A stretch of 64,000 nucleotides of DNA from a virus, in the IMG/VR virus record IMGVR_UViG_3300033148_006964, positions 64,001 to 128,000 of that record. One strand, 5' to 3'. Below the pieces are notes generated by a model. It was not told the DNA's origin, made no database searches, and saw only the letters and a list, made by a program, of their open reading frames with translations. The position numbers and the translations under genes were made by a program. Positions 1 to 11,500 of this stretch are shown piece after piece. Every line of letters begins with the position of its first letter. Positions within the stretch are counted from its first letter, which is position 1.

Positions 1-1
1 C

Positions 2-541
2 TCTTCAAGCTCTAACAGTTCTTCAAGCTCTCAAAGCTCTTCAAGCTCTGAGAGTTCTTCAAGTTCTTTAAATAGCTCTTCAAGTTCTAAAAGTTCTTCT
101 AGTTCTTTTAGTTCTTCCAGTTCTCATTCTTCAAGTTCAAGCTCATCTAGCTCTCAGAGTTCTTCAAGTCCATCCAGTTCTCAAAGCTCTTCGAGTTCTT
201 CAAGTCTTTCTAGTTCCTCAAGTTCTCAGAGTTCTTCAAGCTCTCAGAGTTCTTCGAGCTCTTCAAGTCTTTCTAGTTCCTCAAGTTCTTTAAGCTCTGA
301 GAGTTCATCCAGTTCTCAAAGTTCTTCGAGTTCTTCTAGTTTTTCAAGTTCTTCAAGTTCTTCAAGTTCTTCAAGTTCTCAAAGTTCTTCAAGCTCTTCA
401 AGTTTTTCAAGTTCAAGTTCTCAATCTTCTAGTTCTCAGAGTTCTTCCAGTTCAAGTTCTTCAAGTTCTAGTTATTCCAGTTCAAGTTCTTCAAGTTTAA
501 ACTCCTCAAGTTCGTCAAGTTCTTCAAGTTCGAGTAGTTCT
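2..541 (+). repeat. Poly-serine coding tract (~180 codons), degenerate TCTTCAAGT/TCTTCAAGC units
   Basis: Read directly from the sequence; in frame with the downstream CDS. Confidence 0.95.
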
Positions 542-2923
542 GGATTTGATCCTAATGCACCAATTAGGCCAGATCCTCAAGAAGTTATAGACATTGAACC
601 ATGCCAGGAAGACGAAATAGTTACAGAAGGATTTTGGGATTATTTGACTACATTTTGGAATTATCTTGATAATTATAGTCGTGATCTTTTTGAAACATAT
701 TGGGACGGACTTGTTAAAGCTGGTGGTTCAATGGTTAAAAAAGCTACTAGATTTTTTAATGCAACTGCTCCTGAAAATTCCGATACTTGCATTTTAGAGT
801 CTTATTACGATTTACAGGTAGGACCATTATATTCAAAACCTTTAAATTTAGATCCTACTTTAATTGAACCGACATATAACATAGATCCAATAGGGACTTT
901 GATCGTAGAACCTACATATTCAAATAATGAACCTGTTTATAGAGATCTTATAGAGATCTCGGCAGTTGATTATTATGCTATAAGAGAAGTCGGTCTTGAA
1001 TGTTATGTAGTTATTACTGATGATAATAATGAATTACCTGTTAAATATTTTAAAATTAATAATTTACTTTCATCGGAAGAGTCTAATGATAGGGCAGCTT
1101 TTGCAATTGCTAATGAAGATATCAATACAGATGCTACCAGACTATTAGTCGGCAGGATAGGCATAACAAGTATTAGAGCTTCTCTTGATGTAACTGAATA
1201 TACAGTTGAATTTAAATCTGGAACTTTAAAAGTAAATTGGGATAATGTTCATGGAACTCTTATAATAGCTTCTTCAGATACAGATACTATTGATGATATA
1301 ATAAATATCACTCCATCTGGAACTCCATGGGGTACGCTTACAAATATGTCACCAAAAAATAAAGTTCAAGCACCAGTATTTGATACAATAGAATTTGACT
1401 TATTACCAGGTTATTCTCAAGCAGAGCCTGCAAATGATAGGTATTATCCTAAATTAGGCAAAGTATGGCAATGGTATGATGGTTATTCTTCTAACGATGG
1501 AACAATAGGAGATTTAAGCTTTGGAAGATGGATTGATTCTTTTTCAAAATATAAATATATGATAGAAGTAAAAGGAAGTCTGACATATCTTGGTATAAAT
1601 TCTTTTTCAATATATTTAACAACGGGACGCGCTTATGACATTGACAAAGAAGTCTTGAGTTTAGATATATTACAAAATCATATTGTCCCTGGTGATGGAA
1701 CTGTATTTACTAATAATATAGATTTTACTTTTTATAATCATATAGTTGAGTTTAATACTGATCCTTTTGAATCAAATCAAATTAAATTTAATGATTTTTT
1801 ATATGGATATCAGGTTCCTGTTATAGAAAAAAACTTATATGATATGTATGGAACTTTAGTTGGAATATCAGATTGGACAGAATATAATTATAATAATTGG
1901 TCTGGGAAAGCAGCTATTAATGCATTATTAAAATCATTGCAGGAAGTTAGTAATAGTACCGAATACGAAAGAGCTTTAAATGTTTATTATGGACTTCCTA
2001 TTTCACCTGAAGATGGAAATATAGTAGGTTTGTATGAATCTTACGAATATGAAGTAACTGATATCAGTATTAATAAAATTACTTTAAGTATTCCTACAGA
2101 TGGGCTTCCAGATGAAGACGATCTAAGTAAGTTAATACAACCTGGTACATGGCTTATGTGTGAAGGTAAAAAAGAAGTTATAGTCTCTACTATTAATAAT
2201 AGAGAACTTGGCATCATTACATTAGAAGACGCATCTACTTTAGAGGTCGGTGATAAACTTCATATAAAACTTGTAAATAAATATATGATTAAAAGGCTTG
2301 TAGGAGAAAATAAAACTTTAGGAACACCTGGATATATAGATATATACTCATTTGAAGATGAAGGTGGAATAAGTAATTTAATCGATATTACTCAAACTAT
2401 ATCAGATGGTAAAAGATATCCTGAAATCATAGTATATGGTACTAAAGATCTTACCGAGGATTATGATGGAACATATCATATAACAAATGCAACTTTAATT
2501 AATACAACTGGTAATACCAGAGAGATTCAACTTACTGTTTATTTTAAAGACGAAGCTGAAGAACCATTGTATAATGATTATATAGGTTCTAATTCAGGAA
2601 TATTAGATAGTGGATATGTTCATATTTCCTGGCCTACTCATAAGTTTTTATACCTACTTCTTAATAGAGAAAAGTATTTTAAAGCATATATAGACGCTCC
2701 GATAGATACGATTTATAGCACTGGTGATGAAATAGAGAAATATGCTATAATAGCAAGAAACGCATCTATTGTAAATAGCACTATATTTCCTGGTTGGAAT
2801 CAATTTAATTTATTTAGGAAGCAAAATGGTATAAATGTTGAGTCTGATATATTACAATTGATTAGTTCTATGCCTAACGCTGAATTTGGTAAATATTTTC
2901 CAACTGATGCTGTATCTGTTTAA
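2..2923 (+). CDS. Virion structural protein (baseplate-like), 5'-partial, with an N-terminal poly-Ser tract
   Basis: Frame 2 stays open from base 2 through the Ser tract into the ORF-track TTG at 644, so the real gene starts upstream of the window. The baseplate call is an inference from structural-arm context only. Confidence 0.65.
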   Translation, partial: SSSSNSSSSSQSSSSSESSSSSLNSSSSSKSSSSSFSSSSSHSSSSSSSSSQSSSSPSSSQSSSSSSSLSSSSSSQSSSSSQSSSSSSSLSSSSSSLSSESSSSSQSSSSSSSFSSSSSSSSSSSSQSSSSSSSFSSSSSQSSSSQSSSSSSSSSSSYSSSSSSSLNSSSSSSSSSSSSSGFDPNAPIRPDPQEVIDIEPCQEDEIVTEGFWDYLTTFWNYLDNYSRDLFETYWDGLVKAGGSMVKKATRFFNATAPENSDTCILESYYDLQVGPLYSKPLNLDPTLIEPTYNIDPIGTLIVEPTYSNNEPVYRDLIEISAVDYYAIREVGLECYVVITDDNNELPVKYFKINNLLSSEESNDRAAFAIANEDINTDATRLLVGRIGITSIRASLDVTEYTVEFKSGTLKVNWDNVHGTLIIASSDTDTIDDIINITPSGTPWGTLTNMSPKNKVQAPVFDTIEFDLLPGYSQAEPANDRYYPKLGKVWQWYDGYSSNDGTIGDLSFGRWIDSFSKYKYMIEVKGSLTYLGINSFSIYLTTGRAYDIDKEVLSLDILQNHIVPGDGTVFTNNIDFTFYNHIVEFNTDPFESNQIKFNDFLYGYQVPVIEKNLYDMYGTLVGISDWTEYNYNNWSGKAAINALLKSLQEVSNSTEYERALNVYYGLPISPEDGNIVGLYESYEYEVTDISINKITLSIPTDGLPDEDDLSKLIQPGTWLMCEGKKEVIVSTINNRELGIITLEDASTLEVGDKLHIKLVNKYMIKRLVGENKTLGTPGYIDIYSFEDEGGISNLIDITQTISDGKRYPEIIVYGTKDLTEDYDGTYHITNATLINTTGNTREIQLTVYFKDEAEEPLYNDYIGSNSGILDSGYVHISWPTHKFLYLLLNREKYFKAYIDAPIDTIYSTGDEIEKYAIIARNASIVNSTIFPGWNQFNLFRKQNGINVESDILQLISSMPNAEFGKYFPTDAVSV

Positions 2924-2936
2924 AGAGGATTAAAAA

Positions 2937-3326
2937 ATGAAAATACCAGATAGTTTAAGAGCAGCTATGCTTAATGTTATTAAAAATGATATATTAGCCG
3001 GTACAAAAAAAATACAATTTTATGATGATTCTGCCGTAAAGTTAGCTGAATTTGATTTTTTAGCTATAGATACTTTTACTGCTGAACAAACATATCTATT
3101 AATTAAAAGATTAACGACTTCAACTAATTCAGATCTTATAAGCGCCGTAGATACGAGTGGTACTGTAACTAATTTTATAATACCTACAAATGCTTATGGT
3201 AATATAACAGGTACAGTAGGTGCTATCGGTACATCGACCGATATTCAATTTACAAGTACTACTTGGGTCGCTGATGCCGTTATTAGGATTAGTAATATTA
3301 AAATGATTCTTGAACAAGGATCGTGA
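2937..3326 (+). CDS. Hypothetical virion protein
   Basis: 129-aa ORF with an AGAGG RBS in the structural operon. Confidence 0.75.
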   Translation: MKIPDSLRAAMLNVIKNDILAGTKKIQFYDDSAVKLAEFDFLAIDTFTAEQTYLLIKRLTTSTNSDLISAVDTSGTVTNFIIPTNAYGNITGTVGAIGTSTDIQFTSTTWVADAVIRISNIKMILEQGS

Positions 3327-3341
3327 AATTAGGAGTGAATT

Positions 3342-4967
3342 ATGCAAACGTCTGTCAAAACTACTATTTTAGACAACTCTATTAGTGGAGATAAAATTCA
3401 TGGTGGTGAATTAAGTGGAGGTGGAGTAGCGCCAGGTGTTACTGTGCTTGATCTTGACGACAAATCAATTGCTGTTACTGGTGGTTCTGTAGATGCAGTA
3501 GCATTAGGATGGACTTCGGCGTGTGTAAATCCGTTTTTTTCTGGTGGTATATTTCTTAATGATAGCGTTGGGTATGGTGCTTTGTATATACGCTATAATC
3601 TTGTAACTAGCGCTAAAATAGGCCAAAGTCTTGGATATGGGTATTTAGACTTAGGTATGCCTATGGTTGGCACAAGGATTTATCTTGATGCTAATAGCAG
3701 TAATAATAGTTATATAAATGTTAGCAAGTTAATTGTAGGCGGGACCACACAATATCATGCTGATACAAAACTAGATGTTAAAGGTAATTTCGGTGTTGGT
3801 GGAATCATAATGGCTGACGGGCTTAACTTATATGCCGCTACATTTATCAGGCTTTCAAATGCGGCAGAATTTGCCGATCCTTTAAACCCAGGAAGTTATG
3901 TTAATCTTCAAACTTTTTATACTGATTTTATAGCAGTAGAAACCGATATGAACCTTATTGATTCAAATGTACTTACTTCGTTACAGTCTTTTGGAACTAG
4001 TGGAAATCCTATAGATCAACTATCTAAAATGGGAGGTTCTTTAAGTATTCCATTAGCTAATTGGGGATATTTGGCTGGACTGGATCAACCCTTAGCTAAA
4101 GCGTCTAATCCAACATTTGGTGGCAACCAAATCTCTCATGTAGCTCGTATGGCATATACTAGAGGTTATATAGATGGGTTTATAACAAGATCAAGCAGCG
4201 TAAGTACTAAAAGAATAGATATTTATGCTGGAGAATGCGTTTTTGATCTTGGCGGTCAGACTTATGATAAAGGTGTATTAACTGCTATAAAAACAAAAGC
4301 ATGTATTAATGCCGCAGAAACTGGGTGGGAAAATTGGGTAGATGGTTGGTCTAATGGTGGCATGGCAGTGGGTGCTGACGCTATAGCGGAACATAGAACT
4401 GTGCATATCTTTATGTTGTTTAATCCAACAACACAAGCTGTAAACGCTGGATTTGATACAGATGAAACTGGAATTAATCTATGTAATGTGGGGACAGTTG
4501 CGTATGTAGCTGGATACACTAAGTGCAGACGTATAGGCTCGTTTACTATAGCTAATGCTGCTGCACCTTTTGAAGTGCGTCCTTATTATCAAGTTGGTGA
4601 TAAGTTCTTTTTAGCTTCTTCAGAAATGAGTACTCTTATTAATATGACATCGGCCTATACTGGGATTCGCTTAATAGGAGTGCCGATTGTAAGTGGTATT
4701 ATATTAGATTTATATACGTTCCTTTATAACACATTTGGAACTTCTACAGATGCGTCTTTAACTTTTGCTAACAATACTACTTCTCCTAATTATGAGACTG
4801 AATATCCTATATCTGGTTCGCCAAAAGTTGTAGAGTTCGGATTTTCAGTAAAAGTAGGCATTAATAGCTCTGGGCAGTTTGCGGTAAAGCAAAACGCATC
4901 AGCTAGTCCTTTTAACGCAAAATTTACTTTACAATCATGGACAGATTTACGTGGTAAAGATTTATAA
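3342..4967 (+). CDS. Tail fibre/appendage-like protein
   Basis: GGAG RBS; Gly-rich beta segments; region YIDGF...IDIYAGEC...AGFDT...RRIGS resembles phage tail-fibre modules (recalled, not searched). Confidence 0.55.
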   Translation: MQTSVKTTILDNSISGDKIHGGELSGGGVAPGVTVLDLDDKSIAVTGGSVDAVALGWTSACVNPFFSGGIFLNDSVGYGALYIRYNLVTSAKIGQSLGYGYLDLGMPMVGTRIYLDANSSNNSYINVSKLIVGGTTQYHADTKLDVKGNFGVGGIIMADGLNLYAATFIRLSNAAEFADPLNPGSYVNLQTFYTDFIAVETDMNLIDSNVLTSLQSFGTSGNPIDQLSKMGGSLSIPLANWGYLAGLDQPLAKASNPTFGGNQISHVARMAYTRGYIDGFITRSSSVSTKRIDIYAGECVFDLGGQTYDKGVLTAIKTKACINAAETGWENWVDGWSNGGMAVGADAIAEHRTVHIFMLFNPTTQAVNAGFDTDETGINLCNVGTVAYVAGYTKCRRIGSFTIANAAAPFEVRPYYQVGDKFFLASSEMSTLINMTSAYTGIRLIGVPIVSGIILDLYTFLYNTFGTSTDASLTFANNTTSPNYETEYPISGSPKVVEFGFSVKVGINSSGQFAVKQNASASPFNAKFTLQSWTDLRGKDL

Positions 4968-4987
4968 CAAATAATGGAGATTTTTTT

Positions 4988-5548
4988 ATGAAACAACCTC
5001 AAGTAGTAAACTTATTAGACGATACGGTAATTGCCATTAGTGGTGATAGCGTAATTGATGATAGCGATCAGCTTCCTCTTGGATCTGATCATAGTGTAAC
5101 TAATATTACTGTAAAAGTCGCGTTACTTAGTCTTAAATCTGGCGGTTCAATGTCAACTTTAACAAATGTTGCAATGACATATGATGGATTAACTGATTTT
5201 TGGGTTATTCAAATAGCAGATTTAGTAAGTACTTTACCAGGTTTTAGTACAGATAGGATTAAATATACAGGTAAAATTAGCGAACCTTCTGGAACAAATG
5301 ATATGAGAGATTTTAAATTAGAAGAGTTTTCTGTAGATAATGATTCATTTGAAGCGTCTTGGATGAGACTTCCTTATGAGGTAGTAGTAAGTGGTGGACA
5401 AGCATGGATGATCTGGTATGAGGATGGTTATATAGGGGTTGCAGGAAGAGAAAAATATAAAGCTCCTGCATATGAAGGTGGAACTGGGACCACTTATGCT
5501 ACTGATCCAGCCAGGATAACTCATCGTGGCGCTATAGTAGATTACTAA
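4988..5548 (+). CDS. Hypothetical virion protein
   Basis: 186-aa ORF with a GGAG RBS in the structural operon. Confidence 0.75.
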   Translation: MKQPQVVNLLDDTVIAISGDSVIDDSDQLPLGSDHSVTNITVKVALLSLKSGGSMSTLTNVAMTYDGLTDFWVIQIADLVSTLPGFSTDRIKYTGKISEPSGTNDMRDFKLEEFSVDNDSFEASWMRLPYEVVVSGGQAWMIWYEDGYIGVAGREKYKAPAYEGGTGTTYATDPARITHRGAIVDY

Positions 5549-5562
5549 AATAGGATACTTAA

Positions 5563-8500
5563 ATGATTCTAGGGTATACTCATAGTTTAGTTAATCCGGC
5601 AGCTGGAGCTGCAGCCTTTGATTTTGGAACAAAAGCTGTAAGCGAGTATATGGCCTTTTCTGTAGGAACACAATCTACAGACACTAATGGATATTTAAGG
5701 TTGGATCATGACGATTCAATGCCTAATATTAATATAGTAAATAGTGAAATAACTTTTAGTGTCCCTCAAGATAATTATTATGTTGGAATCGGCGATGAAC
5801 TAACTATTACTGACGGTACTACCGTTCAAATAATGTATCTTATCGAAAAAATAACGCCATGGAAGTGGAAAGTAAAAGATAAAAAAGGCTTACCAATAAA
5901 CGATATATCAAGCCTATCTGGATATTATGCAACTGATTTAAATAAAACGTTTAATCATATAAGAAAAGCTGTTGGGACAAATGGAGCTTCTTATAAATTA
6001 GAAACTTCTGATTTAGTAGATAAAGAATTAATACTTAAAATCGTATGTTATGAAATGACAGATACTCGTAATTTTACAATAGATGATAATTGGACTACAA
6101 GCGAAGAATATTATATACATATATTAGTCCCAAATAATACATCAAAAGATTGTAATTCTACGCAACGTCATAATGGAGTGTATGGTGATGGTTTTAAACT
6201 TGTTGTAGGGGCTGCTACTGCAATTGCTAATAATACAGCCGGAACGATAATTGAAGGATTACAGATATATGGATCTGGAGATTATGGAATTAGGCTTAAT
6301 ATAGATGAAGATGTAAAGATTCTTAATAATATTATTCATGGATTTGATCGTGGTATAAGTTCTGAAGTCGCAGAGTCTTCAAGTTCTCATTCTTCAAGTT
6401 CTTTAAATTCTTCAAGTTCCAGTAATTCTAGTTCTAGCTCTTTAAATTCTTCTAGCTCAAGCCTTTCAAGTTCTTCGAGTCCTTCAAGTTCCTCAAGCCT
6501 TTTAAGCTCTTCAAGTTCTTCAAGTTCACCTAGCTCTTCAAGTTCTTCGAGTTCTTCAAATTCTTCAAGTTCTTCAAATTCTTCAAGTTCTTCTGAATCT
6601 TCAAGTTCTTCAAGTTCTTCAAGTTCTTCAAGTTCTTCAAATTCTTCAAGTTCTTCTGAATCTTCGAGTTCTTTAAGTATTTCAAGCTCTTCAAGTTCTT
6701 CTAGCTCTAATTCCCATAGTTCTAGTAGTTCAAGCCCTTCCAGCTCTTCAAACTCTAGTAGCTCGGAATCTTCAAGCTCTTATGAATCAAGTTCCAATAC
6801 TATTATAGCCTGGAATACAATATACGACTGTTTAAATATAGGTATATATATAGGGACGTCTTTGATATATAATAATACAATTCAAAATTGTCCTATTGGA
6901 TATCAAATACATTCTCATAATTCAGAATTAGTTAATAATATAGGACAAGATTGTCTTACTAATGTATTTGATATAGGATCATATACATCTACTCTTGAAA
7001 ATTGTATAAGTGATGATGCGACTGCTATTGGAATTAATTGTTTTATTAATACAACCATATCATTTACAGATAAAACTAATAATAATTTTAAATTAGATAA
7101 TAATTGCAATGTGGCAATAGATAAGGGAAAAGACCTTTCTAATGATTTTGATTATTTATTCAAAGAAGATAATAGCGGAGAGATTCCTGATAACACTTGG
7201 AGCATAGGTTCTTTTCATTATACAAGAAATATAACCTTTTCAGTAGGAGATCTTGCATTAGATTTAAAGAGCGGTGGAAACGCTACTATATCTAATGGGA
7301 TTATTACTTTTTCTGTTCCACAAGTAGACACAGGACTATGCGTAGGTTGTAAAATAACTTTAGCAGCAGTTTCTGAAGATGTCTACCTGGAAGAAAAAAT
7401 AGACACATCTAATTGGAAGGTAAATAATGGAGTTGGAAGCCCTTCTTCCGATCAAGCAGTTCCAAAAGTAGTAAATAGTATAAAATATGCAATAGCAAAT
7501 TTATTAACTGGATTAGAAGATGACGGTTCTGGACACTGTGCTATTATTACACTTACAGGACATTATTATTTATCTTCGTCAGATTTAAAAATACAATTAG
7601 CTTGTGCTGAAGGGGCTTCAGTTGCTACTGTCACGGAAGACCTTCGTACAGATAGAACCAGATATGTTAAAATATTTACACCATATAATACTACAACTCA
7701 ATGCAATGCTACAATGCGACATAGTGGTATTTGGGATGATGATTTATTTAATTCATATCAGATTAGTGTTTCTATGGATAATTTTGTTATTGAAGGACTT
7801 CAAATAGATGGCGCTAGTCCGAGTAGTTATGGGATATATGCAATTGCCGGTAAAGATATTATTATTAAAAATAATATTATAAAAGACGCAGTAATAGCTG
7901 GTATTCGTTTTGATGACAATGATTCTGCAGGTAAAAATGTTATAATAAATAATATTATATATGATAATCAAGGTGATGGCATTAATATTATTCATAATTT
8001 TGGAATTGCAGCTATGGGTACTATGGGAGAACCTAGCGAATTAAGTTCTTCAAGTTCTGAGACATCAGCTCAATCTTCAAGCTCAAGTAGTAGTTCAAAC
8101 TCAAGTAGTAGTTCAAGTTCTTCTATTCTTTCAAGCAGTTCAAGTTCTTCAAGTTCTTCAAATTCCAGTAGTAGTTCAAGCGGTTCAAGTTCTAGTAGTT
8201 CTAGTAATAGTTCAAGTAGTTCTTTAAATTCTTTAAGTTCAAGTAATAGTTCAAGCAGTTCTCTTAATTCATCAAGTTCAAGTAATAGTTCAAGTTCAAG
8301 TAATAGTTCAAGTAGTAATTCCAGTTCATCTAAAAATTCCAGCAGCTCAAGTTCATCTAATAGTTCAAGTTCAGTTAGTTATAATGAATGGAGATTAACT
8401 GCACTGTATAAATCTGCGCTTCCTAACGATTATAGTATAAGTGTTATATCAGGATCGTCACCAGAAATTAATTGGAATTCAAATTCCCTTCAAATAATAT

Positions 8501-11500
8501 CTGATGGAAGAACTCCACAAAGTATTATTGATAACGCTACAGTTAATGGCGAACCATGGGGAACAATAGAAGCTATAGATAATACTACTAATATACAATT
8601 ATTTAGTAGTACTTTATTTAGTGACTTTAATAATTTTCGAGCTGGATCATACGGTTCAATTGATTCTCATTTTTATATATATAATAATACAGTTATTGGA
8701 TGTGATAACGGTATAAATATGGAATCTTTTCCAGAAAGAGCTTATACCAATCATATTGAAGTAAAAAATAATTATTGTGCAGATTCTACAGAATATGATT
8801 ATAAATCTAATTTAGTTAATCCTGCAACAATCAATATAGAATCTTCATGGTCTTCAGATGATACGTTATCAAAAAATTTTAATGGATCTTGGAATGATAT
8901 TAATAAAATTTTAAGATTTAGAGATTTGCCTTTAAAAGATTTTCATATTATACTCGCCGATTCTCTTAGTATGAATAGAGTTTTAAATCTTTCGGCAGAT
9001 ATATACTATAGTTTTGATTTTGATATAGATGATGAGTCCAGGTTATCTAAAAAATGGGATCTAGGAGCTGATAACTATTCCGCATTAAGCGGTAAAGAAG
9101 CTGCATTTTCTATAGGATCTGATTCTACTAATCTTGATGAAAATCCTTCTGGTAGACGGTTTACAGTAAAAGATAGTATAGTAATTTTTAATGAATCTTC
9201 ATTAGGAGATAAGGTCGGAGTTGGTGATAAGATAACATATAATTTTGATTTTTTAAGTTCTTCAAGTTCTTTAAATTCTTCAAGTTCTTCAAGTTCTTCA
9301 AATTCTTCAAGCTCTAATAATTCAGAGTCTTCAAATATTTATAGTTCAAGCAGTTCGCTTTCAAGCAGTTCAAATTCAAGCTCTTCAAGTCTTTCAAGTG
9401 CTTCTAGTTCTTCGAATTCTTCGAGTTCTTCCAGTAATTCTTCAAGTTCTTTAAGTTCTTCAGGATCTTTAAGTTCCTCAAGTTCTGAAAATAGTTCAAG
9501 CTCTGAAAGTTCTTCGAGTCTTGAAAGTTCTGAAAGTTCCAGTAGTGTAGGAACTGGTAGTTTTTATTTAGTAGAAAAAGGTACTGATTATAAATGGAAA
9601 GTTGCTGATAATACAGGTAATGATATTTCAGATATAGACACATTAGCCAATGTAAATCATATTAAAAGGGTAGCCTCCAGTCTTAACTCAGGAATGAATT
9701 TATCCGCTGGTTCCATACAAAATATTATAGGAAGCCAGGATTTAACAGCTGCTTTAATAAATATAGCCAGATTAAGTATTTACTGTTATACTGATACAGG
9801 AGCAGATCTAGGTAATGTTGAAATTAAAAATTGGACTACTGATACAAATCATAAGATAAAAATTGAAGCTCCGTATGATACTTATTCTCAGTGCAATTAC
9901 AGCCAAAAACATGCTGGAATATGGAGTTCTTTAGCTTTTAGAATAGAACCTACTGGAAGCGTAGCCGTAGTAGTAACTAATTCTTATGTATCTATTATAG
10001 GTATGCAGGTAGTACCAAACGACTCTACTGCAGATAACGGTATTATTATAGATGGTGGTTATTCAAATATTATTATAAGAAATAATATTATTAAAGAGGC
10101 TTTTATTGGAATAGCGCACACTACTAATGTAAATAATGCTTTTGTTATCTCTAATACGGTTTACGATACAGATGATCATGGTATAGAAATAAAAAAAGGA
10201 TATGGATTTAATAATACAGTTATTGGTTCGGGAAATATAGGAATTCAAACACCAGCTGCAGCAATTGATTTAATAAATTGTTTAGTTCAAGATTCTACTA
10301 CAACAGATTTTGGTGCGTCTACTTCAATATCTACTTGTATAAGCAGCGATGCAAGCGCTGGTATACTAAATGGATGCAAATCTAATGTAACTGCTGTATT
10401 TGCAGATAAAACTAATAAAGATTTTCATTTAGCTCGATCAGATATACAAGCGTTAGGAATTGGAACAGATTTATCAACTAATTCAAATTATGCTTTTGGA
10501 TACGATATAGATAATGAGCTTATAGACGATCCCTGGGATATAGGGTCTGATTTTAAATCTATTTCAACTATAGATCTATATTTTTCAATAAGTAGAAATT
10601 CTACAGCTGATTTAAAATCTGGAACAACCCCAAAAATAGATATATCAAATGGAATTGCTTATTTTACAGAAGATGGTGAAGAACTGCCTCAAGATGATAT
10701 TGGTTTAGGCGTTGGCAACGTAGTTACCTATGATACTACATTAAAATGTTATTTATATCGTAAGATAACCAGTTCTTCCTGGGAAGTTAGAACTAAATAT
10801 GGAGAAACACCAGACGCAACTGCAGCCCCAGTTGCTTTAAATTCTATAAAACATGTTTTTAATGTAGAAATGCGTTATGTATTAGATTCCAGTGCAAATA
10901 GTTTAAGAGTCTTTTTAGGTGACGCTTCTAACCCATTCGATAATTTATCTGCTGCAAAATATAGAGTATTTATTCCGACTTATCGTAATACTTTTTATAA
11001 TTTATTATCAGTTACTATTTCGGGCTTCACTACTGATCAATATAATTATTTACATGTATTTACTCCGGTTGATATTAATTCATATTGTAATACCTCTCAA
11101 AGGCATCCAGGGCAGTACATATCTTCTGCCACCGCTAGTCAAGCTAGAATAGATGTATCAAGCGGTACTCCTGGTCAGGCTGTTAATATAGCAGATGATT
11201 ATATAAAATTTGAAGGTTTAGAAGTAGTAGGTGGTGCTCCAAATAATGGATTTTTATTAAGTGCAAATTATTGTGTAATTATAAATAATTTAATAGTAGA
11301 TTGTAAAAGAGGGATGGAATTAAGCTCATCCTATAATATTATAATAAATAATATTATTAATAATACGAGCTCTCACGGCATTAATTCTGTTGGTAATAAT
11401 ATTTTTTATAATAATACTGTATATGGATGCACTGTATTTGGCTTTGTCAACCCATCAACTGATACTATTATTAATTGTATTACTCAAGATTGTGGGGCAG

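Noticed and set aside
1-9546. Ser-tract repeats as a CRISPR array or non-coding satellite
   Set aside because: No constant repeat with unique spacers; the units are degenerate and keep an open Ser frame within long CDSs.
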